Of a DNA stretch of 64,000 nucleotides, positions 27,014 to 36,236 are shown piece by piece; within the stretch, counting starts at the first letter, position 1; the number at the start of each line of letters is the position of its first letter. This DNA comes from Alphaproteobacteria bacterium. GTDB lineage: Bacteria; Pseudomonadota; Alphaproteobacteria; CAAHEQ01; UBA3637. Location of the stretch: positions 64,001-128,000 of the forward strand of contig JAZUQR010000021.1 of the NCBI GenBank assembly GCA_045605805.1. Reading direction: 5' to 3'. The position numbers and the translations under genes were made by a program. Under the pieces are notes generated by a model, which had not been told where the DNA came from, made no database searches, and was given only the letters and a program-made list of their open reading frames with translations.

Positions 27014-28921
27014 ATGATAACTGAAGAACTTCAAAAAGAGATCGATTCTCATAAGATTATTTCATTTGATATATTTGATACTTTGCTAATTAGACCCTAT
27101 GTAAAACCTACGGATTTATTCCTTCATTTAGAAGAATTAGAAAGAACATCTGGTTTTGCTATCAATAGAATTGAAGCAGAGAAAAATGCTAGGAAGAAGC
27201 ATCACGACCAAGAGGACATAACATTAGAGCAAATCTATAACGAAATTGCTACAAAATATCAATCCTTACAACAAAATGAATTAGATTTAGAGAAGCAGGT
27301 TTTAAGAACAAATCCTGATATGAAAGAAATCTATGAATATGCTTTATCAAAAAAGAAGAAAATTATAGTTATTTCAGATATGTACTTATCTAGTGAATTT
27401 TTGAAACAAATTCTTCATAAGAATGGATACACAAAGATTGAAAATGTATATGTCTCCAACGAATGTGGAAGTACAAAAGCAACAGGCAAACTATATCAAT
27501 ATGTTATGAATAAACTAGGAGAAAAATCTCAGAACATATTTCACATTGGGGATAATATATATTCCGATATAGCTAAGGCAAAGGAAAATGGAATATCTTC
27601 TTACTGGTACCAGAAAAGGATAGATGCTTTATTGGAGAATGATAAGCGTGCAGCATCTTTCTATCAAAACAATAAACATTCATTAGAAGCATCTATATTG
27701 CTTGGCTCAATAGCAAACTATTTCCCAGACGAAAATGTTTCATACTGGGAAACAATTGGTTATGTTTACGCAGGACCCACTATTTACGCTTATATGTTAT
27801 GGTTAAATAGTGCCATTCAAAAAGAAGGAATTAAAGAATTGCTCTTTGTTGCACGAGATGGTTATACCCTAGAAAAAGTATTCAATATTATCAAAACTCA
27901 AAACACAAAAACTCATTATTTTTATGCACCAAGAACAACTAGTTTGTTAACAGATTTATGCTGGGATAGTTATGAATCACCACAACAGAAATTAACATTT
28001 GCACAATTCACATTAAATCATTTTTCCCAGTACGACTCAACGATGAAAGCATATGCTTCATACATAAGTTCATTATCCAAAGCTACGAAAATATTTAAAG
28101 ATAATCATGAAATCCTAGAAAAATTTGCTAGTATTGAAAAAGAAAAATACAGAGCTTATCTAAAAACTTTTGAAATTTCGGAGAAAAAGGTTGGATTAGT
28201 AGATACGATAACACAACTATTTTCATCGCAACGAACATTAGCAATGGGGCTACCAAATAATGATATTATAGGTTACTATTGGTACACATTGCCTAACAAG
28301 CAGAAAATAGCAAATAAGCACAATTTTTACACATTTTCAGAAACAAACAACCCAAATTTTGCTGATTGGGACATTATGGAGCTTTTAATGACCGCTCCAA
28401 CGCCACCAATAGATTCTATTAAAGATAACAAACCAATATTTAAAGAACCTAATGCATATGAACAAAAACGGATTCAAATATATCCCGCCATATCAGAAGG
28501 AGCTATTAAGTATGCCCAATACCTAAAAAACACATTTAAAGGTATTAATATTAGTTTTTCTGAACAAATTATAAGAAAGTGGATTAACACTTTTTGTCTG
28601 ATAGCTACCGATAATGACAAAACCGAATTTTCTCAAATTCAGCATGCATGGGATGCGAAACATGAACATTATGTACCACTACCTAAGGCATGGTTTCCTG
28701 TAACAAATGAACACAAAGGTGTTACACTTAGCAATACAAAGATTTACTTATTAAACTTAATTCCTTTTATTAGGAAGAAAGAAACTACAACTAGACATCG
28801 GCTATATCTATTTTGTTTCATACCTTTTTATACTATCCGTATTAAATCTCAAAAAAGGTCGCATTGGTTATTTAATTGTATACCTTTATTTTCTATCACA
28901 AAGAAGGACAAAAACAAATGA
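27014..28921 (+). CDS. HAD-superfamily hydrolase of polysaccharide loci
   Basis: SFDIFDTLL, ISDMY, K..GKLY, HIGDN..SD, FVARDG. Confidence 0.85.
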   Translation: MITEELQKEIDSHKIISFDIFDTLLIRPYVKPTDLFLHLEELERTSGFAINRIEAEKNARKKHHDQEDITLEQIYNEIATKYQSLQQNELDLEKQVLRTNPDMKEIYEYALSKKKKIIVISDMYLSSEFLKQILHKNGYTKIENVYVSNECGSTKATGKLYQYVMNKLGEKSQNIFHIGDNIYSDIAKAKENGISSYWYQKRIDALLENDKRAASFYQNNKHSLEASILLGSIANYFPDENVSYWETIGYVYAGPTIYAYMLWLNSAIQKEGIKELLFVARDGYTLEKVFNIIKTQNTKTHYFYAPRTTSLLTDLCWDSYESPQQKLTFAQFTLNHFSQYDSTMKAYASYISSLSKATKIFKDNHEILEKFASIEKEKYRAYLKTFEISEKKVGLVDTITQLFSSQRTLAMGLPNNDIIGYYWYTLPNKQKIANKHNFYTFSETNNPNFADWDIMELLMTAPTPPIDSIKDNKPIFKEPNAYEQKRIQIYPAISEGAIKYAQYLKNTFKGINISFSEQIIRKWINTFCLIATDNDKTEFSQIQHAWDAKHEHYVPLPKAWFPVTNEHKGVTLSNTKIYLLNLIPFIRKKETTTRHRLYLFCFIPFYTIRIKSQKRSHWLFNCIPLFSITKKDKNK

Positions 28922-29670
28922 AAAAAATATTCTATCAAATTTGTGCTGCCTTTATTCTCAACAAACAAAGCAAAAAAGCATTCCGTAGGAAATATATCAC
29001 ACCATTAAAGCGTATTGAACCTATTTGTGAGAAAGATCCTTTTGTTGCTGATTCTGTGGTAAGTATTGCTCACGATTACACTGAATATTCGGAATTGATA
29101 ATTAACCAAGATTTACGCAGAAATAACAAATTTATAGCATTTGATAATGGTGTATCATTGTGTGGAAATAATTTTGTAACAAAAGGCACTAAGATTGGGC
29201 GTTATTCATACATAGGTGAATACACAAAAATTGATGATAAAGTTATAATTGGTCGTTATTGTTCTATAGCAGATAATGTTTTGATTGGGGCAACAAGACA
29301 TCCTACGAATTGGCTTTCAACTTCACCTTTTCAATATGATTATTGGATTGATGCAAAATGTCCTAAGAAACAATATACAATCAGTAAGAAAACAGAAATT
29401 GGCAATGATGTATGGATAGGTGCTAATGTTATTATTCAGACAGGAATAACTGTAGGAGATGGTGCTATCATTGGTTCTGGTGCGGTGGTAACTCACGATA
29501 TTCCTCCATATGGTATTGCTGTAGGTGTTCCTGCCAAAGTAATAAAATACAGATTTAATGAAGATATTATTAAAATTTTGCTTGATAAAAAGTGGTGGAA
29601 TAGAAAGCACGAATACATACAGAAATTACCCTTTGATGATATTGATAAATGCTTGGAGATATTAAAATGA
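28918..29670 (+). CDS. CatB/Vat-like hexapeptide O-acetyltransferase
   Basis: IGRYCSIA, HPTNWLSTSPF, IGNDVWIG, GVPAKVIKYRF, WW. Confidence 0.88.
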   Translation: MKKIFYQICAAFILNKQSKKAFRRKYITPLKRIEPICEKDPFVADSVVSIAHDYTEYSELIINQDLRRNNKFIAFDNGVSLCGNNFVTKGTKIGRYSYIGEYTKIDDKVIIGRYCSIADNVLIGATRHPTNWLSTSPFQYDYWIDAKCPKKQYTISKKTEIGNDVWIGANVIIQTGITVGDGAIIGSGAVVTHDIPPYGIAVGVPAKVIKYRFNEDIIKILLDKKWWNRKHEYIQKLPFDDIDKCLEILK

Positions 29671-30440
29671 GCTTAATTAAAAAAATATATGTTAATGAAA
29701 CTAAAATAAATGATATACAAAATATGGCGGCACGCTACATAACTGCACAATATTTTAATGCTAAAGCATTTAGAGAATTTAAAGGCATATATAAAGGAAG
29801 AGATATTGTAGTTGTCGCAGCAGGTCCTAGCGTAAAAAAATTCCAACCCATTGAAAATGCAATTTATATTGGAATGAACAGAAGTTGTATGTTAGAAAGT
29901 ATTAAATTTGATTTTTTGTTTACCATTGACCTATTAGGAATAGATAGTTTTATGGAGGAATTTAAAAATTACGAGGGGAATAATTGTGTTAAATTTATAG
30001 GGGAACAACAAGAAGGAAAAGGTAGGGATATACCTGAATCCTACTTTCTATCATTGAAAAATGCTAGAAAATACAAAACTGATATCTTTATTAACGCAGG
30101 CGAAAAAATTCCAGTTGATATTGATTGTTTGCCTCTTTGGAATGGAAATAGTGTAGCACATCAGGCGGTACAATTTGCATTATTCTGTAATCCTAAAAGA
30201 ATATATCTTGTTGGGTGTGATTGTAGTGGTATTAAAACGGGGCATTTTATTGAAGGCAAAAATGATGAACATATGGTAAAAAGTTTTTCGGATGACTTTT
30301 GGAAAAATAATCAAGAATATTTAATTAACGGCTGGAAAAAACTAAAGGATTTTGCTGAAACATACTATCCAGATACAGAAATTATATCAATTAATCCAGT
30401 TGGTCTAAAAGGGTTGTTTAAAGATACATATCAAGAATGA
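29667..30440 (+). CDS. DUF115/MAF-like (MptE-like) protein, putative nonulosonic acid transferase
   Basis: VVAAGPS, IGMNR, SVAHQAVQFAL..NPKRIYLVGCD. Confidence 0.7.
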   Translation: MSLIKKIYVNETKINDIQNMAARYITAQYFNAKAFREFKGIYKGRDIVVVAAGPSVKKFQPIENAIYIGMNRSCMLESIKFDFLFTIDLLGIDSFMEEFKNYEGNNCVKFIGEQQEGKGRDIPESYFLSLKNARKYKTDIFINAGEKIPVDIDCLPLWNGNSVAHQAVQFALFCNPKRIYLVGCDCSGIKTGHFIEGKNDEHMVKSFSDDFWKNNQEYLINGWKKLKDFAETYYPDTEIISINPVGLKGLFKDTYQE

Positions 30441-30450
30441 AAGGAACCTA

Positions 30451-31116
30451 ATGAGCAATTTAAAAATCATTATACCATTAAAAACTAATTCGGAACGCAT
30501 ACCCAATAAGAATCTTCGTCCATTTTTGGGTAATAAAAGTTTATTTGATATAAAAGCTGAACAATTACTAAAATGTTTTGATCCCAAAGATGTGTGGTGT
30601 TCATCTGAAAATCCAGAAGTGGAACAAATTGTGAAAAAGTACGGTTTTAATTTTCATTTAAGAGATATCTCGTTGACAACTAAAAATACACGAGAAAACA
30701 AACTTGTCAAGACCATAGTAGACAGTATTCCTGGAAAACCAGATATAATGTGGTGTCAGGTAACACAACCGCTATTTAACGAATTTTCAAAATTATTGGA
30801 AACATATCATAATTTAGATAAAAAATATGATTCTATATGTGTTGTGAAGAAATTTCGCCATCATTTATTAGATGACAAGGGAAATCCCGTTAATTTCAAT
30901 TTTGGATATTGGCACAAGATAAGCCAAGATTTACCAAAACTATATGAAGTAGCATGGGCTGCATTTATTATGAGAAGAGAAATGCTTGAGCAAGCATGGT
31001 ATCAAATCGGTCGGAACCCTTATCTATTTGAAACACAAAAACCACTTATAGACATAGATGAGATTTCAGATTTTGAAATTGCAAGTATCTTGTATAATCA
31101 TTATATTGATACTTAA
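30451..31116 (+). CDS. Acylneuraminate/Kdo-type cytidylyltransferase
   Basis: IIPLKTNSERIPNKNLRPF, QVTQP, IDIDE..DF. Confidence 0.85.
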   Translation: MSNLKIIIPLKTNSERIPNKNLRPFLGNKSLFDIKAEQLLKCFDPKDVWCSSENPEVEQIVKKYGFNFHLRDISLTTKNTRENKLVKTIVDSIPGKPDIMWCQVTQPLFNEFSKLLETYHNLDKKYDSICVVKKFRHHLLDDKGNPVNFNFGYWHKISQDLPKLYEVAWAAFIMRREMLEQAWYQIGRNPYLFETQKPLIDIDEISDFEIASILYNHYIDT

Positions 31117-31156
31117 AGTAAAACTTATTTGGATACACATCATCGCTATCTTATGT

Positions 31157-31753
31157 TTATACCACAACATTCTCCACAGCGTTTGAGAGCATCTTTTCAT
31201 TATAGTTGAAATACCTTTGTGTTGTGCTTATGTTACGATGATTGGCGAGCTTTTGAACCAAACAGATATTAGTGCCTGCATTTATTAAACGACTCACGAA
31301 CAAATGCCTTCCAAGGTGACTTCCCCCTTCAATATTGAACTTACTGTAAATAGTTGAGAACATTCTACTAATAGATACTCGATTAAATGGTTTCCCCAAC
31401 TTTTGCGAGGTAAAAAGATACATTTCCGGGGAAATCTCTTCATTTTTGCTCTTCAAATACTCCAAATACTCCTTAAACTCTTTCTTCATTTGAGAATTTA
31501 GGTAATAACTACACCCAAATTTGCCTTTATTCTTATCCTTTTCAAGGCAAATAACATCCTTTACCTTTAAATCTTGGGTATAAACATCCCCAACTTGAAG
31601 ATAAGCAAAATTTATAGACCTCATGCCATTGAGCGAGCAAAGGAACATCATCCTAATCATTTCCGCATGTCTCATTCCAGAGATATAAGTCAAAATATCT
31701 TTGATTTTCTTGTCGTCAATAAAAACACTGTTTACCATTTTTAATCCAATCAT
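31157..31753 (-). CDS. Small tyrosine recombinase (catalytic domain only)
   Basis: GMRS, KNKGK, SHLGRH, ANHRNISTTQRY: complete R-K-H-R-H-Y set. Confidence 0.9.
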   Translation of the reverse strand: MIGLKMVNSVFIDDKKIKDILTYISGMRHAEMIRMMFLCSLNGMRSINFAYLQVGDVYTQDLKVKDVICLEKDKNKGKFGCSYYLNSQMKKEFKEYLEYLKSKNEEISPEMYLFTSQKLGKPFNRVSISRMFSTIYSKFNIEGGSHLGRHLFVSRLINAGTNICLVQKLANHRNISTTQRYFNYNEKMLSNAVENVVV

Positions 31754-31818
31754 TCAAATTATACATTTTCTTCGTAACTCTGATCATACCAAAATGAAAA
31801 TTGAATGTCAAGCATATA

Positions 31819-31949
31819 ATGTTAAAAAAAGTTATTTTATTTAACATATTTTAACATTTTATAACAGATGTGGTGAAGGACATTTTAAAACACCCTTATT
31901 TTACAACGGTTTTAAGAATAATGTTAAAAAATGATTCTTTTTTAACATT
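31819..31949. repeat. Two spaced palindromes ATGTTAAAAAA-N6/7-TT(A/T)TTTAACAT
   Basis: 31819-31847 (7-nt spacer) and 31920-31949 (perfect 12-bp arms, 6-nt spacer). Confidence 0.6.
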
Positions 31950-32019
31950 TTTGTTTTCTCTGGACTTTTTGATTGTTTTATGATAAAATTTAACCAAATT
32001 TTAACCATTTGGAATAACC

Positions 32020-33606
32020 ATGAGAAAATTTGATAACGAAATATCTTTTGCTGGAACAGAAAAGGAACATAATTTTATTTTATATGGTCATGAGGAAAAA
32101 TATGTTCCCTTTAATCTCAAGTATCTACCCGATATACAACTTCTGTGTGTAAAGAATCTAATACAGATTTTTGCTAATAGGGGATCAGAATATGTCATAT
32201 ATGCCTTTGCATTAAACGCTGTCAGTGATGGATTCTTCCCATTGTTAGATATTTGCCTTGATTACAGTAAGGCAAAATGTAAAAGTCATGAGGTTAGCAA
32301 ATATATTCTCAAACGACTCAACGGGGAATGGGATATTATAGATGGCATTGAGTCCCAAATAGATGATGTCAAGAACAGTATAGATAATGAGACACTAAAA
32401 GATCAATTAGAAAGTGAAAAATGGGGCTTGGACCTGTTGCACGAAGTTACTGCTGGTAACAGGGAACAAAATCTGCGGAAACAGAATCTATTTACAAAAT
32501 TAGATATGTGCAACCATACATATTATATTAAAGATATCGTTCCAACTGAAATGAACCCAATCATTGAGAAATACATTAAAATGATTTATGAGGTCCTAGA
32601 AATAGATACCGAGCCAGTTATCGTTCCTAGCAAGAATCAACCATCTGGGAAGGAAGAAGAATTAGCAAAGAAAGGCGTTACCTGTAGAGACAACGTTCTT
32701 GTTTTAAGAAACATACATTTTTACGATGTTCTGGATGGATCAATTTTGTTGGAGATTGCAGAAGAAAAAATTCCATATACACCACGTTGTATAGTTCTTG
32801 ATAATTGCTGCTTTGATATACAACACTTTGGATTTGGACCGCTAACTGACAGGGACTTCTACTTCCATAATTGTCACTTTAAGCAAGGATTCAACTGGAT
32901 GGGACAAAAGGATTTGAGTCGTATTGTCCTTGATAATTGCGTTATTTCTGATTCATTAACATTTAATTTTAACGATTTATCGGAACTTTGCATTAATGAC
33001 TGTGTCTTTGAAAATACTAGTGATTTAAAAGTGGAATGTTTCTCTGAAGATGATGCATATAGAGTCAAGATAACGGATTCTGTGTTTTATGGAGCGTTTG
33101 AAGTAACCAAATGCCATAACTTACATCTAACAATGAACAATGTAACTTTCTATAAACCATTTACTCTCAATAATGATAGATTTAGTTCATTGACAGAGAT
33201 ATTCAATCTTTGCTTCCCATCTAACGCAACGGATGAAATGGAAGCATCTAAAAAACAATTATATGATAAGTTGGTAAGTTCAAACCTAAAGGAAATGGCA
33301 GAAGATTTGAACCTGTTAGCAAATGCAAAACCAAAGAAACCCGCTTTCGACTATGCTGCCTATCAAGCAGAATATGACACAGGTTGGCTACAATCAAAGA
33401 ATGCAGCATATCTTTTGGGAAGAAAAGATACGTATCTTTCCAAAAAACGTATGGCTGATAAGAAGAAGATTACAAGAACTACCATCCCTTATCGGGGAGA
33501 TGGTAAGAACATTCAATACCCTGTGGATGCCTTGTTAGCATTTAAGGCACAGGACTGGAATAAACTAAAAGAACTTCGGAAGAAGTATAATTATTCTATA
33601 AAATAG
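32020..33606 (+). CDS. Hypothetical protein: beta-solenoid repeats plus C-terminal excisionase-like HTH
   Basis: Repeats such as IVLDNCCF, FYFHNCHF, LCINDCVF, ITDSVF; C-terminal WLQSKNAAYLLG...IPY...IQYPVDALLAF. Confidence 0.65.
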   Translation: MRKFDNEISFAGTEKEHNFILYGHEEKYVPFNLKYLPDIQLLCVKNLIQIFANRGSEYVIYAFALNAVSDGFFPLLDICLDYSKAKCKSHEVSKYILKRLNGEWDIIDGIESQIDDVKNSIDNETLKDQLESEKWGLDLLHEVTAGNREQNLRKQNLFTKLDMCNHTYYIKDIVPTEMNPIIEKYIKMIYEVLEIDTEPVIVPSKNQPSGKEEELAKKGVTCRDNVLVLRNIHFYDVLDGSILLEIAEEKIPYTPRCIVLDNCCFDIQHFGFGPLTDRDFYFHNCHFKQGFNWMGQKDLSRIVLDNCVISDSLTFNFNDLSELCINDCVFENTSDLKVECFSEDDAYRVKITDSVFYGAFEVTKCHNLHLTMNNVTFYKPFTLNNDRFSSLTEIFNLCFPSNATDEMEASKKQLYDKLVSSNLKEMAEDLNLLANAKPKKPAFDYAAYQAEYDTGWLQSKNAAYLLGRKDTYLSKKRMADKKKITRTTIPYRGDGKNIQYPVDALLAFKAQDWNKLKELRKKYNYSIK

Positions 33607-33616
33607 AATTTTCTGC

Positions 33617-33652
33617 TTGATTTAATGATAATTTAATGATATAATAATGATA
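33617..33652 (+). promoter_or_regulatory. fic promoter overlapped by three TAATGATA repeats
   Basis: TTGATT-17 nt-TATAAT; TAATGATA at 33623, 33634, 33645. Confidence 0.6.
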
Positions 33653-33670
33653 TCTTAAGGAGAAATTATC

Positions 33671-34756
33671 ATGACTTGGCAACCAAAATATACAATTACA
33701 AAAGAGATTTTATCTAATTTAACTCGCATAGAACGGGTAAAAGAAGCATTTGAAAGCAAACCTTTATCGCCTGTTTTATTGAACTCGCTACACAATACCG
33801 CCAAAGTGTCCTCCGTCCATTATTCTACGCAAATTGAGGGAAATCGTTTGTCTATGGAACAGGTGGAAAGAACCTTACACACTATGGCAAAAAAAGCCGC
33901 TACACATCACCAACGTGATGAGAAAGAAGTCAAAGCTTATTATGACGCTTTAAACTACATGGAAAAATATCTGGATGAGAAAGGGACATTTACAGAACCC
34001 TTTATCCAAAAAGTCCATGCTTTGATTGAAGGACAAAAAAAAGTTATCCCCTACCGTGAAACACAAAATGCCATTTATGACAGTGTGAGCGGTGCTTTGG
34101 TCTATTTGCCCCCAGAAGCAAAAGATGTTCCTCTGTTTATGAAAGACATGGTCGCTTGGGTCAGGGAAAATATTGATAACCTGCCTACACCTGTGATTGC
34201 TGCCTTGGTACACTATCAATTTGTGACCATTCACCCGTATTTTGATGGGAATGGTCGTACAGCCCGTTTGATTACTAGTTTCCTTATGAGAAAATATGGT
34301 TATGGTTTGAAGGGGATATACTCCTTGGAAGAATACTATGCCAAAGATCTTGCCAGTTATTATGAAGCATTGGCAACACATCCGCATCATAACTACTATG
34401 AAGGCCGCCATGAAGCAGACTTGACAGGATGGCTAGAATACTTTATTAAAGGGGTTGCTGAGGCATTTGAAAAGGTGTCTATCAAGGCCGAAGAAGAGGT
34501 AAAAAAAGGATTGAGCGTGGACAAGTCTCCACTGATCAGACAATTGGATATTAAGCAACGAAAAGCATTGGAATTGTTTGTGGAATATAAAGAAATCACT
34601 TCCGGACAATTGGCAGGGTACATGAGAATTTCTGAACAATCTGCCAGACTTTTGATGAAAAAGTGGATTGAAGATGGCTTTTTACAAGTAGCTAATCCAG
34701 CTAAAAAGAACAGAACTTATGTTTTAACTAAAGAATTTGAAGACATCTTAAGTTAG
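33671..34756 (+). CDS. Fic family protein with C-terminal HTH
   Basis: HPYFDGNGRTAR Fic motif; N-terminal inhibitory motif STQIEGN. Confidence 0.93.
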   Translation: MTWQPKYTITKEILSNLTRIERVKEAFESKPLSPVLLNSLHNTAKVSSVHYSTQIEGNRLSMEQVERTLHTMAKKAATHHQRDEKEVKAYYDALNYMEKYLDEKGTFTEPFIQKVHALIEGQKKVIPYRETQNAIYDSVSGALVYLPPEAKDVPLFMKDMVAWVRENIDNLPTPVIAALVHYQFVTIHPYFDGNGRTARLITSFLMRKYGYGLKGIYSLEEYYAKDLASYYEALATHPHHNYYEGRHEADLTGWLEYFIKGVAEAFEKVSIKAEEEVKKGLSVDKSPLIRQLDIKQRKALELFVEYKEITSGQLAGYMRISEQSARLLMKKWIEDGFLQVANPAKKNRTYVLTKEFEDILS

Positions 34757-34759
34757 GTG

Positions 34760-35236
34760 TTACTTTATAAGATCCCATAACAAATCGAACGCCATCTTTC
34801 CTTGTTTATTCTTCAAGGTTGTTATGTCTGCCCCGTAATCTATTAGGGCGAATACCGCATTCTTGTTTCTGTTCTTAGATCTTAAGCAACGCATGAGGGC
34901 AGTATTCCCAAAGATGTCTTGGGCGTCTATATCTGCTCCATAATCCACCATGACCCAAGGAACTACGTCCCCACAGTTATTTTCTACCGCAATCATCAAT
35001 GCAGTTTCCCCACGTCTGTTCTTGTACTTCACATCTCCCCCCATTTCGATTAATTTCTCTACTTCGTGCGGTTTATGAAATACTGTCATCGCATACATAA
35101 ATGGGGTAGAGCGATGAACATCATATGGGGCGTTCAAGTTTGCTCCACGCAATACCAACAATTCTATTTGTTTTAGGTCGTGCTGTTCTATGGCCCTCAT
35201 AAGACCTTTAACCATTTCTCCAATTCTATGTTCCAT
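34760..35236 (-). CDS. Ankyrin repeat protein
   Basis: GETALMIA, GADIDAQDIFGNTALM repeats. Confidence 0.88.
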   Translation of the reverse strand: MEHRIGEMVKGLMRAIEQHDLKQIELLVLRGANLNAPYDVHRSTPFMYAMTVFHKPHEVEKLIEMGGDVKYKNRRGETALMIAVENNCGDVVPWVMVDYGADIDAQDIFGNTALMRCLRSKNRNKNAVFALIDYGADITTLKNKQGKMAFDLLWDLIK

Positions 35237-35618
35237 TTAATCTCCTTTTTGATTTATTTATGTAATCTGGCAAATTAAATCTGTGTTTTTCCATTCTCTG
35301 CAATATGTATGAAGTTGTTTCAGGTTTCAGCTTGTCCCACATTCTGAACAAATACTCCAATTCATTAGAGGTCAGTTTAAGTGCATGGTATTTGTACTTG
35401 AACAACAACTTCAACATCTCATTCCAGTTTGGCTCACAGAACTGATACACCCATGCAAGAGGATGATGATTGAATGACTTATCTATATCCGCTCCTTTCA
35501 AAAGTATCTCAACCATTTCCACATCAGGATGAAATGTAGCAAACTGACACAGAGGTGTTTCCTCTTTACAACAATCAGCTTTTCCTAAAATGGCTTCTTT
35601 AATTTGTTCTTTGTCCAT
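35226..35618 (-). CDS. Hypothetical protein with degenerate ankyrin-like segment
   Basis: TPLCQFAT..VEMVEILLKGADI; start at 35618 overlaps the upstream stop. Confidence 0.55.
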   Translation of the reverse strand: MDKEQIKEAILGKADCCKEETPLCQFATFHPDVEMVEILLKGADIDKSFNHHPLAWVYQFCEPNWNEMLKLLFKYKYHALKLTSNELEYLFRMWDKLKPETTSYILQRMEKHRFNLPDYINKSKRRLNGT

Positions 35619-35986
35619 TAGTATTCCGTGTTCCAAAATAGAACACCCTCCTGATAAAAGAACTTCCATTTTCCGTGCGGGCAATCCGTAAAGGGTATTT
35701 CCTGCTTGTGAAGTATTTTTGTGTTCTTCTTAAATGTTATCTTGGCCGTATTGTCATCTCTAACGATAAGAGCTACACCAATTAGGTCCGTGTTTAAATC
35801 TGGTTTTGTTTTTACAAAACTATTCACAAGATCCAAGAACCAATATGCTTCTGCCTTGTCACAGAAGATCTTAACGCCATCTGTATATTCAAAGGCAAGG
35901 TGCTTGTTTGTGTAGTAGTTCTCGCTCCCCGTACAAAAGAACAAGGCCTCCTGTAACTTTAAATTTCTTTCATCTTCTTGGTCCAT
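35618..35986 (-). CDS. DUF6876-like protein
   Basis: TGSENYY...YTDGVK..CDKAEAYWFLDLV...QEIPFTDCP motif pattern. Confidence 0.65.
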   Translation of the reverse strand: MDQEDERNLKLQEALFFCTGSENYYTNKHLAFEYTDGVKIFCDKAEAYWFLDLVNSFVKTKPDLNTDLIGVALIVRDDNTAKITFKKNTKILHKQEIPFTDCPHGKWKFFYQEGVLFWNTEY

Positions 35987-36236
35987 TATGTCTCCTTTCT
36001 GTTGCTACAAAAAGGAGTGTAACACAAACGAACATTTCTGTTCCTAGGTCATTAGTTATAAGGGAAACTCTCTCTCAAAATGCCCGAATTGCCTTATACT
36101 ACCGCATTTCCCATAAAAAACAAGAGCGTTTTAAAAAAGTTTAAAAAAATTAAAAAAAGAGCTTGATTTTAATGTTCGTTATTTTTCATAAAGAAAACAT
36201 CCAATAAATACCCATAGATATTACAAAGGAGTTAAA

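Noticed and set aside
28918-29670. Chloramphenicol/streptogramin resistance gene
   Set aside because: Same fold, but embedded and overlapping within a glycan operon; sugar O-acetylation is more parsimonious.
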